Assembly (NCBI GenBank): GCA_963605025.1
Contig: CAVCSZ010000002.1
Coordinates: forward strand, 16,996 to 80,995
Origin: a bacterium
GTDB taxonomy: Bacteria; Bacillota_I; Bacilli_A; RFN20; CAG-826
Direction: 5' to 3'
Length of the DNA: 64,000 nucleotides
A program made the translations under genes and the position numbers. Of this stretch, positions 27,078 to 37,507 are shown in pieces (position 1 is the stretch's first letter; each line of letters begins with the position of its first letter). A model generated the notes under the pieces. The model searched no databases and had not been told where the DNA came from. It was given only the letters and a program-made list of their open reading frames with translations.

Positions 27078-27872
27078 ATGGATTGTTTTAGTTTAAAAGG
27101 TAAAGTTGCATTAATTACTGGTGCTAGTTATGGTATCGGATTTGAAATTGCAAAAGCAATGAGTGCAGCAGGTGCTACAATTTGTTTCAATGATAGAAAC
27201 GAAGAAACATTACAAAAAGGTTACGCTAATTATAAAGAAGCTGGAATCGTAGCACATGGTTATATTTGTGATGTTACTGATGAAGAAGCTGTTGTTAAAA
27301 TGGTTTCTGATATCAAAAAAGAATTAGGTGGAGTTGACATTTTAGTTAATAATGCTGGTATTATTAAAAGAATTCCTATGACAGAAATGAAAGCTGAAGA
27401 ATGGAGACAAGTTATTGATATCGATTTAACTGGACCATTTATTTGTTCAAAAGCTGTTATTCCTGGAATGATTGAAAAAGGTCATGGTAAAATTATCAAC
27501 ATTTGTTCAATGATGAGCGAATTAGGAAGAGAAACTGTTTCTGCTTATGCAGCTGCTAAAGGTGGTTTAAAAATGTTAACTAAGAACATTTGTGCTGAAT
27601 ACGCTGAATACAATATTCAATGTAACGCAATTGGTCCTGGTTATATTGAAACTCCACAAACTGCTCCATTAAGAGAAAAACAACCTGATGGAAGTGATCA
27701 TCCATTTGATCAATTTATTAAAGCAAGAACTCCAGCAGGAAGATGGTTAAAACCTTCTGAATTAGGAGCTCCAGCAGTATTCTTAGCAAGTGATGCAAGT
27801 AATGCTGTTAATGGTCAAGTCTTATATGTTGATGGTGGAATCCTTGCATATATTGGAAGACAACCTAAATAA
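27078..27872 (+). CDS. kduD: 2-dehydro-3-deoxy-D-gluconate 5-dehydrogenase (SDR)
   Basis: SDR motifs TGASYGIG, NNAG and YAAAKGG. Sits directly after kduI. Confidence 0.85.
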   Translation: MDCFSLKGKVALITGASYGIGFEIAKAMSAAGATICFNDRNEETLQKGYANYKEAGIVAHGYICDVTDEEAVVKMVSDIKKELGGVDILVNNAGIIKRIPMTEMKAEEWRQVIDIDLTGPFICSKAVIPGMIEKGHGKIINICSMMSELGRETVSAYAAAKGGLKMLTKNICAEYAEYNIQCNAIGPGYIETPQTAPLREKQPDGSDHPFDQFIKARTPAGRWLKPSELGAPAVFLASDASNAVNGQVLYVDGGILAYIGRQPK

Positions 27873-27886
27873 TAATTATTTGAATT

Positions 27887-27916
27887 AAAAGACAATAAGC
27901 AATTATTGTCTTTTTT
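27887..27916 (+). terminator. Intrinsic terminator
   Basis: Stem GACAATAA / TTATTGTC, loop GCAA, then T6. Confidence 0.8.
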
Positions 27917-27968
27917 CTTTATTATAAAATTAATATTTTATAAAATATTTAAAAGAGGTTTTATAAAT

Positions 27969-28916
27969 ATGAAAGAAGTATATATTGGAGTAGATGTCGG
28001 TGGAATGTCTATAAAAGCTGGAATTGTTGATAATGGAACAATTTTATATAAAGAAAGTATTGTTACTAATGGAGAAGATGTTAATAAATTTTTAAATAAT
28101 ACTAAAACTTTATTATTAAATATTTTAGAAAATTGTAAAAAATTAAATGTTAAACCTATGGGTATTGGTTTTGGTATTCCTGGATTAATTGATAATAAGA
28201 AAGGTTTAATTTGTAAAATGGCTAATATCAATGGAGAAAATATTGAATTAAGAAATTATTTAGAAGATTTAAGTTTACCTATTAGAATTTCTAATGACGC
28301 TAATGTTGCATGTTTAGCAGAACAAAAATTTGGAGCTGCTAAAGATTATAGTGATGTTATAATGATTACTCTTGGAACTGGAGTTGGAGGAGGAATCGTT
28401 TCTAATAATAAACTTGTAGAAGGATTCGAAGGAAAAGGCGCAGAACTTGGACATATTTGTATCCAAATTAATGGAGAAAAATGTGGTTGTGGAAGAAAAG
28501 GTTGCTTAGAATGTTATGCAAGTGCTACAGCATTATTAAAGCAAACTAAAAAAGCAATGGAAAATCATAAAGATTCTTTAATGTGGGAATATTGTAATAA
28601 TGATATTAATAATGTTTCTGGTTTAACTTCATTTGAATGTGCTAAAAAAGGTGATAAAGTTGCTAATGAAGTAATAGATAATTATATAATGTATTTAGGA
28701 GAAGGATTATTAGATTTCTGTAATATTTTTAGACCTCAAGTATTTGTTATTGGAGGAGGTATTTCTAATCAAGATAAATATTTAACTGATAAATTACAAG
28801 ATTATTTAGAAAAACAAAATTATGGATATTTAAGTGCTCCAAAATCTATTGTAAAAGTAGCTAAACTTAAAAATGATGCAGGTATTATTGGAGCAGCTAC
28901 TTTATTTTTGGAATAG
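27969..28916 (+). CDS. glk: ROK-family glucokinase
   Basis: GVDVGGMSIKAG and the zinc motif CGCGRKGCLE. The ATG at 27969 is downstream of the terminator; the track start at 27906 would begin inside it. Confidence 0.85.
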   Translation: MKEVYIGVDVGGMSIKAGIVDNGTILYKESIVTNGEDVNKFLNNTKTLLLNILENCKKLNVKPMGIGFGIPGLIDNKKGLICKMANINGENIELRNYLEDLSLPIRISNDANVACLAEQKFGAAKDYSDVIMITLGTGVGGGIVSNNKLVEGFEGKGAELGHICIQINGEKCGCGRKGCLECYASATALLKQTKKAMENHKDSLMWEYCNNDINNVSGLTSFECAKKGDKVANEVIDNYIMYLGEGLLDFCNIFRPQVFVIGGGISNQDKYLTDKLQDYLEKQNYGYLSAPKSIVKVAKLKNDAGIIGAATLFLE

Positions 28917-28927
28917 TTTAGTATTCT

Positions 28928-28956
28928 TTGAATAATGTTTAAAAATTTAATATAAT
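28928..28956 (+). promoter_or_regulatory. pyrG promoter TTGAAT-N17-TATAAT
   Basis: Spacing counted directly. GGGC follows 5 nt after the -10 box. Confidence 0.6.
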
Positions 28957-28961
28957 ATAAA

Positions 28962-28996
28962 GGGCACCTAAAACAATATGTAATAAGGTGTTTTTT
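28962..28996 (+). promoter_or_regulatory. pyrG leader: GGGC initially transcribed sequence plus a leader terminator hairpin (GCACCT / AGGTGT, then T6)
   Basis: Read directly. It resembles the CTP-sensing reiterative-transcription attenuator described for Bacillus subtilis pyrG. Confidence 0.45.
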
Positions 28997-29003
28997 ATTT
29001 ATT

Positions 29004-30617
29004 ATGAAAAAAGAGATGAAATTTATTTTTGTAACAGGTGGAGTTGTATCTTCACTTGGTAAAGGTATCAGTGCTGCAAGCATAGGTAGAATTTTAAAAA
29101 GAAGGGGTTTAAATATATTTTCTGTTAAATTAGATCCATATTTAAACGTTGATCCTGGAACTATGTCACCTTATCAACATGGTGAAGTTTTTGTTACCAA
29201 AGATGGTGCAGAAACTGACTTAGATTTAGGTCATTATGAAAGAATTATTAATAGTTCTTTAACTAAAGAAAGTAGTATTACTAGTGGAAAAGTTTATTCA
29301 ACTGTTATTGAAAAAGAAAGAAAAGGTGAATATTTAGGAGCAACTATTCAAATTATTCCTCACATTACAAATGAAATTATATCTAGATTAAAAGCAGCTT
29401 TTTACGCTAAAGAAGATACTGATATTTGTATAGTAGAAATTGGAGGAACAGTTGGAGATATTGAATCACAACCTTTCTTAGAAGCAATTAGACAATTAAG
29501 AAGAGATTTAGGATATAATAATACTTTTTATGTACATAATACTTTAGTACCTTATTTAAAAACAACTGGAGAAGTTAAAACTAAACCTACTCAACATTCA
29601 GTTAAAGAATTATTAGGATTAGGTATACAACCTGATGCATTACTTTTAAGATGTGAAGTTGATATTGATAAAAATTCTATTGATAAAGTAGCATTATTCT
29701 GTAATTTACCTTCTTATGCAGTTATTCCAGTAGTAGATGTTCCTGTTATTTATCAAGTTGCATTAAATTTAAAAGAGAAACATTTAGATGATTTAATCTT
29801 ATCTCATCTTGGATTTAAAGGTTGTAAAGAAGCTGACTTAAGTGATTGGGAAAATTTAGTTTATAAGATTCAACATTTAGAAAATATTGTAAATATTGCA
29901 TTAGTAGGTAAATATGTTGAATTACATGACGCTTATATTTCAGTAGCAGAATCTTTAAAATATGCAGGATACGCATTAGATTCTAAAGTTAATATCATTT
30001 GGGTTAATAGTGAAAATGTTAATGATGATAATGTTAAAGAAATTTTAAAAGACGCTAATGGTATAGTAATTCCTGGAGGATTTGGAAATAGAGGAATAGA
30101 TGGAAAAATAAGTGCTATTAAATACGCTAGAATTAATAAAATTCCTTTACTTGGATTATGCTTAGGAATGCAATTATCTTTAATTGAAATTGCTCGTGAT
30201 GTATGTAAATTAGAAGATGCATCAAGCTCTGAATTTAATCCATCTGCAAAACATAAAATTATAGATTATCTACCTGATCAATATGAAGGTATTAAATTAG
30301 GTGGAACAATGAGACTTGGTGAATATGATTGTAAGTTAAAAGAAGGCACTAAATCTTATAATTTATATAAAACTGATTTAATAAAAGAAAGACATAGACA
30401 TAGATATGAATTTAATAATGAATACAAAGATATATTAGAAAAAGCAGGAGTAGTATTTGCAGGTACTAATCCTCAAACTAATTTAGTAGAACTTATTGAA
30501 TTAAAAGATCATCCTTATTTTATTGCATGTCAATATCATCCAGAATTCTTATCTAGACCTTTAAATCCACATCCTTTATTTTTAGGTTTAGTAGAAGCAA
30601 GTATTAAAAATAAATAA
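29004..30617 (+). CDS. pyrG: CTP synthase
   Basis: [18 protein letters not shown]-terminus and GATase LGLCLGMQ; 537 aa. The start could be 29016. Confidence 0.95.
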   Translation: MKKEMKFIFVTGGVVSSLGKGISAASIGRILKRRGLNIFSVKLDPYLNVDPGTMSPYQHGEVFVTKDGAETDLDLGHYERIINSSLTKESSITSGKVYSTVIEKERKGEYLGATIQIIPHITNEIISRLKAAFYAKEDTDICIVEIGGTVGDIESQPFLEAIRQLRRDLGYNNTFYVHNTLVPYLKTTGEVKTKPTQHSVKELLGLGIQPDALLLRCEVDIDKNSIDKVALFCNLPSYAVIPVVDVPVIYQVALNLKEKHLDDLILSHLGFKGCKEADLSDWENLVYKIQHLENIVNIALVGKYVELHDAYISVAESLKYAGYALDSKVNIIWVNSENVNDDNVKEILKDANGIVIPGGFGNRGIDGKISAIKYARINKIPLLGLCLGMQLSLIEIARDVCKLEDASSSEFNPSAKHKIIDYLPDQYEGIKLGGTMRLGEYDCKLKEGTKSYNLYKTDLIKERHRHRYEFNNEYKDILEKAGVVFAGTNPQTNLVELIELKDHPYFIACQYHPEFLSRPLNPHPLFLGLVEASIKNK

Positions 30618-30619
30618 TT

Positions 30620-31564
30620 ATGAATAAAAATTATAAAGAAAATTTAAAAAATAGAAATATTAAAGAAAATCCTAATAAAAAACTAGATATTAAAGAATAC
30701 ACTGTAAAAAGAAAGAATACTTTATTAAATTATTTAATTGAAGATTTAGGATTTTCAAGAAATAACGCTAAAGCTTTACTATCACATCATTTAATAGCAA
30801 TTGATGGAGCGCCTGTTTCTCAATTTGATTTTGAATTAAGTATAGGTGATAAATTAATTATCGCTAAAAAACCTATCAAAAGAAAAGAAAGAGATAAGCT
30901 TCCAATTATTTATGAAGATAATAATTTTTTAGCAATCAATAAACCTTTCGGTCTTTTATCAGTAGCTAGTGATAAAGAAAAAAGTGCTACAGCATTTAGA
31001 ATGTGCATGGATTATGTTAGAGAAAATGATAAACACGCTAGACTTTATGTAGTACATCGTTTAGATAAAGAAACAAGTGGTGTTTTATTATTCGTTAAAA
31101 ATGAAGAATTAAGAGATTCATTACAAGATTCTTGGAATCAAATTGTTTCTAAAAGAGGATATTACGCAATTTGTGAAGGTATTTTTGATAAAAAAGAAGA
31201 TAGAATTATCAATTATCTTAAAATGAATAAATTAAATTTAATGTATATTTGTGGTAAAAATGATAAAGGAAGCTACAAATGTATCACTAATTATAAAGTT
31301 ATCGAAGAAAATAAAAAATATTCTTTATTAGATATTAATCTTGAAACAGGAAGAAAAAATCAAATAAGAGTTACTTTAGGAAGTTTAAATCATTATGTTT
31401 TAGGTGATGATAAATATGGAGAACCTGAAAATCCATTATCTAGACTTGCATTACATTCTTATAATTTAACTTTTGTTTCTCCTCATGATAATAAAAAATA
31501 CTCATTTAGTGCTCCAATGCCAAATGAGTTTAAAGAATTTATGAAGAAAAATTTAAAAAAATAA
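30620..31564 (+). CDS. RluA-family pseudouridine synthase with an S4-like domain
   Basis: Catalytic motif HRLDKETSGVLLF; 314 aa. Confidence 0.85.
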   Translation: MNKNYKENLKNRNIKENPNKKLDIKEYTVKRKNTLLNYLIEDLGFSRNNAKALLSHHLIAIDGAPVSQFDFELSIGDKLIIAKKPIKRKERDKLPIIYEDNNFLAINKPFGLLSVASDKEKSATAFRMCMDYVRENDKHARLYVVHRLDKETSGVLLFVKNEELRDSLQDSWNQIVSKRGYYAICEGIFDKKEDRIINYLKMNKLNLMYICGKNDKGSYKCITNYKVIEENKKYSLLDINLETGRKNQIRVTLGSLNHYVLGDDKYGEPENPLSRLALHSYNLTFVSPHDNKKYSFSAPMPNEFKEFMKKNLKK

Positions 31565-32362
31565 TTTCTTTAAATAATTTTTATTAATATTTTTAAGTAT
31601 TGAAAGGGCGTTAATAGCGTCCTTTTTATTTAATCCTGAATCAATTAATTTATTAAATAAATTAATTATTTCTTGATCATTTATCTCTTCTTTTGAAGTA
31701 TTTCCTTCAATTACTAAAACTAATTCACCTTTATATTCAATAGGAGTAGTAGTTAAAGATTCTAAATCTGAATGAATAAATTCTTCATGGATTTTAGATA
31801 TTTCTCTTGCTATTGTTATTTTTCTATTACCGAATACTTTATAAATATCAATTAAAGTATCATTAATTCTATGAGGAGCTTCATAAAATATGATTGTATT
31901 TTTAAAATCTTTTATAGTTTCTAATTCTTTAATTCTTTGAGAAGATTTTGAATCTAAAAAACCATAAAACATAAAATGTTCTGTAGGTAAATTAGACGCT
32001 ACAAGAGCATTAATAAAAGCACTAGGTCCACTTAAAGGAGTAACGATTATATTATTTTTAATACATTCTTTTACTAAAATTTCACCTGGATCTGAAATTC
32101 CAGGATAACCTGCATCACTTAAATAACCAATAATTTTTCCTTCATTTATCATATCAATTAATTTTAATGAAGATTCTTTTTCGTTATGTTCGTGACAAGA
32201 AAAAGTAGGTTTAGAAAACCCTAAAAGATTTAATAATTTAGAAGTATTTCTAGTATCTTCGCATGCAATTAAATCACATTCATTAATTGTATTTTTAATT
32301 CTTGGAGAAACATCTTCTAAATTCCCTATTGGAGAAGGAATTAAATATAATTTACCTTTCAT
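31553..32362 (-). CDS. rsmI: 16S rRNA (cytidine1402-2'-O)-methyltransferase
   Basis: LYLIPSPIGNLEDVSPR...ACEDTRNT tetrapyrrole-methylase-like pattern. Confidence 0.9.
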   Translation of the reverse strand: MKGKLYLIPSPIGNLEDVSPRIKNTINECDLIACEDTRNTSKLLNLLGFSKPTFSCHEHNEKESSLKLIDMINEGKIIGYLSDAGYPGISDPGEILVKECIKNNIIVTPLSGPSAFINALVASNLPTEHFMFYGFLDSKSSQRIKELETIKDFKNTIIFYEAPHRINDTLIDIYKVFGNRKITIAREISKIHEEFIHSDLESLTTTPIEYKGELVLVIEGNTSKEEINDQEIINLFNKLIDSGLNKKDAINALSILKNINKNYLKKLFF

Positions 32363-33179
32363 TTTTCTTGAAATTTCCTTTTTTAAGATATTTATTTACT
32401 TCTTCTAAACTTAAAAATAAAACATTTTCTTTACTATCTAATTTAATAATCTTAGTAAGAATATTCATAGAAGTAATTTTATATTCAGTGTTATCAATTT
32501 TTAATTTTGTACCTAAAGGTGGAAATTTTTTCTTTTCTTCAGTATATAAATCATCTTCATATTTTAAACAACACATTAATTTTCCACATTGTCCACTTAA
32601 TTTAGGAATATTAATTGTTAACATTTGATTTTTTGCTCTATTAAGAGAAATACTATCAAAAGTTTTTAAGAAAGTAGTACAACAAAGTGGTAATCCACAA
32701 CTACCTATACCTCCAATTAATTGAGCTCTTTCTCTTGAATTAACTTGTTTTAATTCAATTCTACAATGTAATTTATTTGCTAAAGTTTTTAATAAATCTC
32801 TAAAATCAATTCTTTCGTCACTAGCGTATGTAAATAAAATTTTAGTTTTATCTAAAGTATATTGAGTATTTAAAAGATTCATATTTAAATTTAAATCTCT
32901 AATTGCATTATTAAAAACTTCACTAGCATAATTTGCTAATTTAAAATTCTCTTCTCTAATTTTAAAATCTTCTTTAGTAGCAATTCTTAAAATAGGTTTA
33001 ACTTCTTGATTAAATTTAAGATTTTCCATTAATTCTAAATTAGAAATAACTTCTCCAATTTCTCTTCCAACACTTGTATCAATAACCACAAAGTCTCCTA
33101 ATTTAATATTAGGATCATCAGTAGCAAAATAATATCCTTTGTTAGTGTTATTAAAACGTACGCTTATATAATATTTCAT
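32352..33179 (-). CDS. yaaT: PSP1-domain protein (YaaT/RicT-like)
   Basis: Cys-rich GGIGSCGLPLCC...CGKLMCCLKYE. Conserved position downstream of holB. Confidence 0.85.
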   Translation of the reverse strand: MKYYISVRFNNTNKGYYFATDDPNIKLGDFVVIDTSVGREIGEVISNLELMENLKFNQEVKPILRIATKEDFKIREENFKLANYASEVFNNAIRDLNLNMNLLNTQYTLDKTKILFTYASDERIDFRDLLKTLANKLHCRIELKQVNSRERAQLIGGIGSCGLPLCCTTFLKTFDSISLNRAKNQMLTINIPKLSGQCGKLMCCLKYEDDLYTEEKKKFPPLGTKLKIDNTEYKITSMNILTKIIKLDSKENVLFLSLEEVNKYLKKGNFKKNER

Positions 33180-34147
33180 ATATTTTCCTCAAATAATTTT
33201 CTCATTGAATAAATGAGTAATAAATTTAAATTTAAATTTTTATTAATTAAATTTTCTTCTTCCATTAAAAATTCAATCTTTTTATCTAAATGTTTAATGT
33301 TATCTTTAATTTTATTTAAATCATCATCCATTTCTAATAGAATTGATTTTTGATGATAAGATAATTTTAATGCTTCTTTAAATAAAATAATTAATAAATC
33401 AAAAATAAAATATAAAGATTCTTGATTTATATTTTTAATAAAATCTTTTTCTATTAAAAATATAAATTTATCAACATCTTTTATATTTTCTATAAATATT
33501 TTAATAAAATCTTTAGAAATAATAAATGAAGGATTATTTAAATTTAATTTAATTTCATCATAATCATTGTATAGCATTGATAAAAACGAAATATCTTTTA
33601 AAGATAAATTTTCTTCTTTAGCGCGTTCTATAAAATACTCATGTTTAATTATATTAAATTTAATAATTTCACATCTTGAAAGAATAGTAGGTAAAACACC
33701 TAGTTCATTTTCAGTAGTAAATATCGCATATGTATTACTAGGAGGCTCTTCTAAAAATTTTAAAATCATATTAATTAAATCTAATTTTAGATATTCAATA
33801 TTTAAAATTATATAAATATTTTTAGCGTCTTTCTCAATAGAAGAACTATAAAAAGTTTCTATTTTAGATTTTAATTCATCTAATTTAATTCCTTTTTTAG
33901 CGTCTAAAACAAATAAAGATGGATAATTATTATTTTCTATTCTTTGACAAGTATCACATTTTTCACACGCAAAAACATCATTTTTACAAGTTAACGACTT
34001 AGCAAGAAATAAAGCAATTTTATCTAAAGAAGAACCTTTTTTTCCACTTAAAATATAAGCATGAGAAAATTTATCATTTTTTAATGCATTAAAAAATATT
34101 TGATATGGAATAGGTTGTTGTTCTTTTAAAAATTCACTAGTTTTCAT
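33176..34147 (-). CDS. holB: DNA polymerase III subunit delta'
   Basis: HAYILSG, the Cys module CKNDVFACEKCDTC and LKFLEEPP. Confidence 0.85.
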   Translation of the reverse strand: MKTSEFLKEQQPIPYQIFFNALKNDKFSHAYILSGKKGSSLDKIALFLAKSLTCKNDVFACEKCDTCQRIENNNYPSLFVLDAKKGIKLDELKSKIETFYSSSIEKDAKNIYIILNIEYLKLDLINMILKFLEEPPSNTYAIFTTENELGVLPTILSRCEIIKFNIIKHEYFIERAKEENLSLKDISFLSMLYNDYDEIKLNLNNPSFIISKDFIKIFIENIKDVDKFIFLIEKDFIKNINQESLYFIFDLLIILFKEALKLSYHQKSILLEMDDDLNKIKDNIKHLDKKIEFLMEEENLINKNLNLNLLLIYSMRKLFEENI

Positions 34148-34760
34148 TAAGTTTTTCTTTAATTATTTTATAAGTAATATCTACAACTTCATCAAGAGGA
34201 AGATTTGCATCTATCATAATATAACGATCTTTAAATCTTTTAGATAATTCAATAAAAGTATCGTAGACTTTATCGTGAAAATTTTCACTTTCAAGGTCTA
34301 ATCTATCTGCAACCCTTTGTTTATCACTTGATAATCTTTTAATTCCTTCTTCAGGTGAAATATTAAAAAATAAAGTATAATCTGGTAATAATCCTTCAGT
34401 AGCAAATAAATTTAAATTTAAAATTTCATCTACACCTAAGTTTCTAGCGCCACCTTGATATGCTAAAGAAGAATCAATAAATCTATCACATAATACTAAT
34501 TTTCCTTCTTTTAAAGCAGGAATTATTTTTTCTGTTAAATGTTGTCTTCTACTTGCAGCATATAATAAAGCTTCTGCACGAGGATCTAAAGAAGTATTAT
34601 TTTTATCTAATATAACATTTCTAATTTGTTCAGCGATAGGACTTCCTCCTGGTTCACGAGTTAAAATTAAAGATATTCCATCTTTTTCTAATTTTTCTTT
34701 TACGAGTTTAGAGACAGTACTTTTTCCGCTACCATCTGGACCTTCAAATGTAATAAACAT
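34137..34760 (-). CDS. tmk: Thymidylate kinase
   Basis: P-loop FITFEGPDGSGKST, plus REPGG and CDRF. Confidence 0.95.
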   Translation of the reverse strand: MFITFEGPDGSGKSTVSKLVKEKLEKDGISLILTREPGGSPIAEQIRNVILDKNNTSLDPRAEALLYAASRRQHLTEKIIPALKEGKLVLCDRFIDSSLAYQGGARNLGVDEILNLNLFATEGLLPDYTLFFNISPEEGIKRLSSDKQRVADRLDLESENFHDKVYDTFIELSKRFKDRYIMIDANLPLDEVVDITYKIIKEKLNEN

Positions 34761-34762
34761 AA

Positions 34763-35359
34763 TTAAATTTCTCCTCTTCCTTCTAATGCTTTAATTAAAG
34801 TTAATTCATCACTATATTCTAATGAACCTCCAATTGGAATTCCTCTAGCAAGTTTAGTAATTTTGATATTATATTTTTCTAAAAATTTAGATAAATATAA
34901 AGCAGTAGTTTCTCCTTCTAATGTAGGATTTGTAGCTAAAATTAATTCTTTTATATTTTCTTCTTTAATTCTTTTTTCTAAATTTAATATATTTAAATCT
35001 TTAATTCCTATACCTTTAATTGAAGATATTTCCCCATTTAAAGAATGATATGTTCCTTTAAATGAATTAGTTTTTTCAAATGGAATAACATCTTTTGGAT
35101 AAGAAACCACTAAACAAATTGAATGATCACGACTAGAATCTTCACATATAGGACATTTTTCAGTATCAATTAAAATTCCACATTTATTACAAAAGTGGAC
35201 TTTTTCTTTAGCTTCTTTAATAGATTCAATTATAAAATTGACTTTATCATCATCCATATCTAAAAGAGAATACGCCATTCTTTCAGCAGTTTTTTCTCCA
35301 ATAGAAGGAAAAGAACTTAAAGCTTCTTTTAGTTTTGATATAGATTTTAATTCATTCAT
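34763..35359 (-). CDS. recR: Recombination protein RecR
   Basis: C4 zinc finger CNKCG...CPIC and a Toprim region; 198 aa. Confidence 0.95.
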   Translation of the reverse strand: MNELKSISKLKEALSSFPSIGEKTAERMAYSLLDMDDDKVNFIIESIKEAKEKVHFCNKCGILIDTEKCPICEDSSRDHSICLVVSYPKDVIPFEKTNSFKGTYHSLNGEISSIKGIGIKDLNILNLEKRIKEENIKELILATNPTLEGETTALYLSKFLEKYNIKITKLARGIPIGGSLEYSDELTLIKALEGRGEI

Positions 35360-35362
35360 GAA

Positions 35363-35671
35363 TTAAAATGGAAATCCTCCATTTCCAGCAGCTTTATATT
35401 TTTCTGCTAATTTATCTTCTTCAGCCATAATTAAATCTTTACAACCGTTGTATGCTAAAGCAAACATTTCTTCTAACATTTCTTTATTATCACTTGTTAA
35501 AGCATCTTTGTCTAATATTTCTACTTTAGTCATAGTTAAATTTCCTTTCATTGTACATTTAACTAATCCATTAGCAGTATATTCAAAATCCTTTTCTTCT
35601 AAAATTTTGTGTTCTTTTTCATATTGTCTTTGCATTTTTTGTACAGCTTGTACCATTTGTTGCATATTCAT
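35363..35671 (-). CDS. ybaB: YbaB/EbfC nucleoid-associated protein
   Basis: 102 aa. Conserved position in dnaX-ybaB-recR. RBS AGGAGG. Confidence 0.9.
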   Translation of the reverse strand: MNMQQMVQAVQKMQRQYEKEHKILEEKDFEYTANGLVKCTMKGNLTMTKVEILDKDALTSDNKEMLEEMFALAYNGCKDLIMAEEDKLAEKYKAAGNGGFPF

Positions 35672-35674
35672 AAA

Positions 35675-37393
35675 TTATTCCTCCTTTTTTAATTTAACTA
35701 TACTAACATCTTTTGGTTTTGGTAATTTACCAATTTGTGATAAATTTTGATATTTTGAAACTACATCTGCTGACATAATAGGATCAACTGCGTAAATTTG
35801 AAGTTTTACTCCTGCAATTGAAGATATTAAATCTGATATATAATCTTGATAATCAACAGTATTTATAATTTTAACATCAGTTATTTTATCAAATCTTAAA
35901 ACGAGAATTGAATCCGTTAATAAGTAAATTTTTCCACTTAATAGAAGTGGTATAAAATTAGATGATTTTTCATCAGTAATTTTATTAGTTAATAAATTCC
36001 ATCTAGATGATAATTCTTTTTTAGCGTGTGTATCTGAAATTACAGATAAATTTATTAAATCATCTATAGATAAAGTATATTGATTACTTCCTGATGATAA
36101 TCCACTGCTTGGTGAAACTTTACCAAATGGAGTATCAAATATACCTTTTAAAGGCTTATTTTCTAATGGTTTATTTTCTTTTTTAACTGGTTCTTCAACT
36201 TTAAAATCATTTAATAAATCATTATTTTCTTCTTTAATAATTTCTTTTTTTTCTTCGTTATTAGAAGGTTTTTTATCTTCTTTAATAATTTTTTCTTTAA
36301 TAACTTCCTTTATAATTACTTTTTGATTAGAACTATCTTCATTATTAATCATTTTTAAGAAATATAATTCAGTAACTAAAGAAGGATTAGAAGTAAATTT
36401 ATATTCTTTTTGAAGATCTATTAAAATTTGAATTAAAGATAATAATTTTTCATTAGTAAAATAATCTGCTACTATCTTAGTATATAAATTTTCACTATTA
36501 GATGTAGATTTAAAGATTAATGCATCTTTTAAAAGATTTATTTCTTCGTTAACAAGTCTAATTAAATCTACATTACGATATTCTAAATCTTCAAATAATT
36601 TTATTAAACCAATAGAATCTTTATTTTTAATACATTCTAGAATTGAAATTTTATCTTTTTGACTTGCTAATCCAAATAATTGTTCAATATCTTCTACAGT
36701 AATAGCGTTACCTGAATAAGAAATTACTTGATCTAATATAGATAAAGCATCACGAGCTCCTCCATTTGCAAGTTCAATAAGTAAATCTATTACTCCATTT
36801 GAAAAAGAAACATTTTCTTTTTCCATTACATTAGTTAATAAATTTCTTAAAGCATCATCACTTAATTTTTTAAATTCATATCTTTGACATCTTGATACAA
36901 TAGTAGGCAAGACTTTATTAATTTCAGTAGTACATAAAATAAATACTACATAAGATGGTGGTTCTTCTAAAGTTTTTAATAATGCATTAAATGCACTATT
37001 ACTCATCATATGAACTTCATCAATAATATAAACTTTATATCTTCCTTTTATAGGAGCATATTTTATTTTATCAATTAAATTTCTTACTTCATCAACTCCA
37101 CTATTACTAGCAGCATCTATTTCAATAACATCTGGATGAGTTCCTTTTGCTATTTCAATACAATTATCACATGAGTTACATTCATTACCTAAACCTTCTT
37201 CGCAATTTAAAGCTTTAGCAAATAATCTTGCTATACTAGTTTTTCCTGTTCCTCTAGGTCCTGAAAATAAATAAGCATGTGCAATTTTATTATTAATTAA
37301 AGCATTTTTTAATGTTTTAACAATAGCGTCTTGCCCATAAACTTCACTAAAACTTTTAGAACGATATTTTCTATAAAGTGCTAAATAACTCAT
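35675..37393 (-). CDS. dnaX: DNA polymerase III subunit gamma/tau
   Basis: GPRGTGKTS, the Zn module CNSCDNC, DEVHM and TLEEPP; 572 aa. Confidence 0.95.
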   Translation of the reverse strand: MSYLALYRKYRSKSFSEVYGQDAIVKTLKNALINNKIAHAYLFSGPRGTGKTSIARLFAKALNCEEGLGNECNSCDNCIEIAKGTHPDVIEIDAASNSGVDEVRNLIDKIKYAPIKGRYKVYIIDEVHMMSNSAFNALLKTLEEPPSYVVFILCTTEINKVLPTIVSRCQRYEFKKLSDDALRNLLTNVMEKENVSFSNGVIDLLIELANGGARDALSILDQVISYSGNAITVEDIEQLFGLASQKDKISILECIKNKDSIGLIKLFEDLEYRNVDLIRLVNEEINLLKDALIFKSTSNSENLYTKIVADYFTNEKLLSLIQILIDLQKEYKFTSNPSLVTELYFLKMINNEDSSNQKVIIKEVIKEKIIKEDKKPSNNEEKKEIIKEENNDLLNDFKVEEPVKKENKPLENKPLKGIFDTPFGKVSPSSGLSSGSNQYTLSIDDLINLSVISDTHAKKELSSRWNLLTNKITDEKSSNFIPLLLSGKIYLLTDSILVLRFDKITDVKIINTVDYQDYISDLISSIAGVKLQIYAVDPIMSADVVSKYQNLSQIGKLPKPKDVSIVKLKKEE

Positions 37394-37507
37394 ATTAAAT
37401 ATTATACATTATATTTATTCTTTTATTAACTTTAAACTTAATATTTTTATTCTACAAAATAACTTATAAATATATTATAATAAAAAAGATTTAGAGGAGT
37501 TTTTATT

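Noticed and set aside
32302-32628. 108-aa plus-strand ORF. Others of this type are at 33567-33815, 34863-35048, 35448-35750, 39406-39669, 49389-49718, 49897-50106, 50600-50818, 52773-52961, 54085-54273, 56056-56247, 58227-58415 and 63663-63905.
   Set aside because: They are antisense shadows of rsmI/yaaT, holB, recR, ybaB/dnaX, tsaC, the 49433 membrane protein, NUDIX, the amidohydrolase, the IS30 pseudogene, the 58285 gene and the flavodoxin lipoprotein. There is no independent support.
36150-36190. Short near-tandem repeat encoding ENKPLENKPL in the dnaX linker
   Set aside because: It is two copies only, inside a low-complexity linker, and has no wider significance.
35675-37393. Possible dnaX programmed frameshift (gamma/tau)
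   Set aside because: I could not identify a slippery heptamer plus downstream structure of the E. coli type. The A-rich runs are just Lys/Glu/Asn low-complexity linker coding.
37394-37507. Looked for an SRP RNA (ffs) upstream of dnaX, as in many Bacillota
   Set aside because: The 114-nt divergent intergenic region is almost pure A/T, with no conserved SRP helix-8-type GC-rich hairpin.
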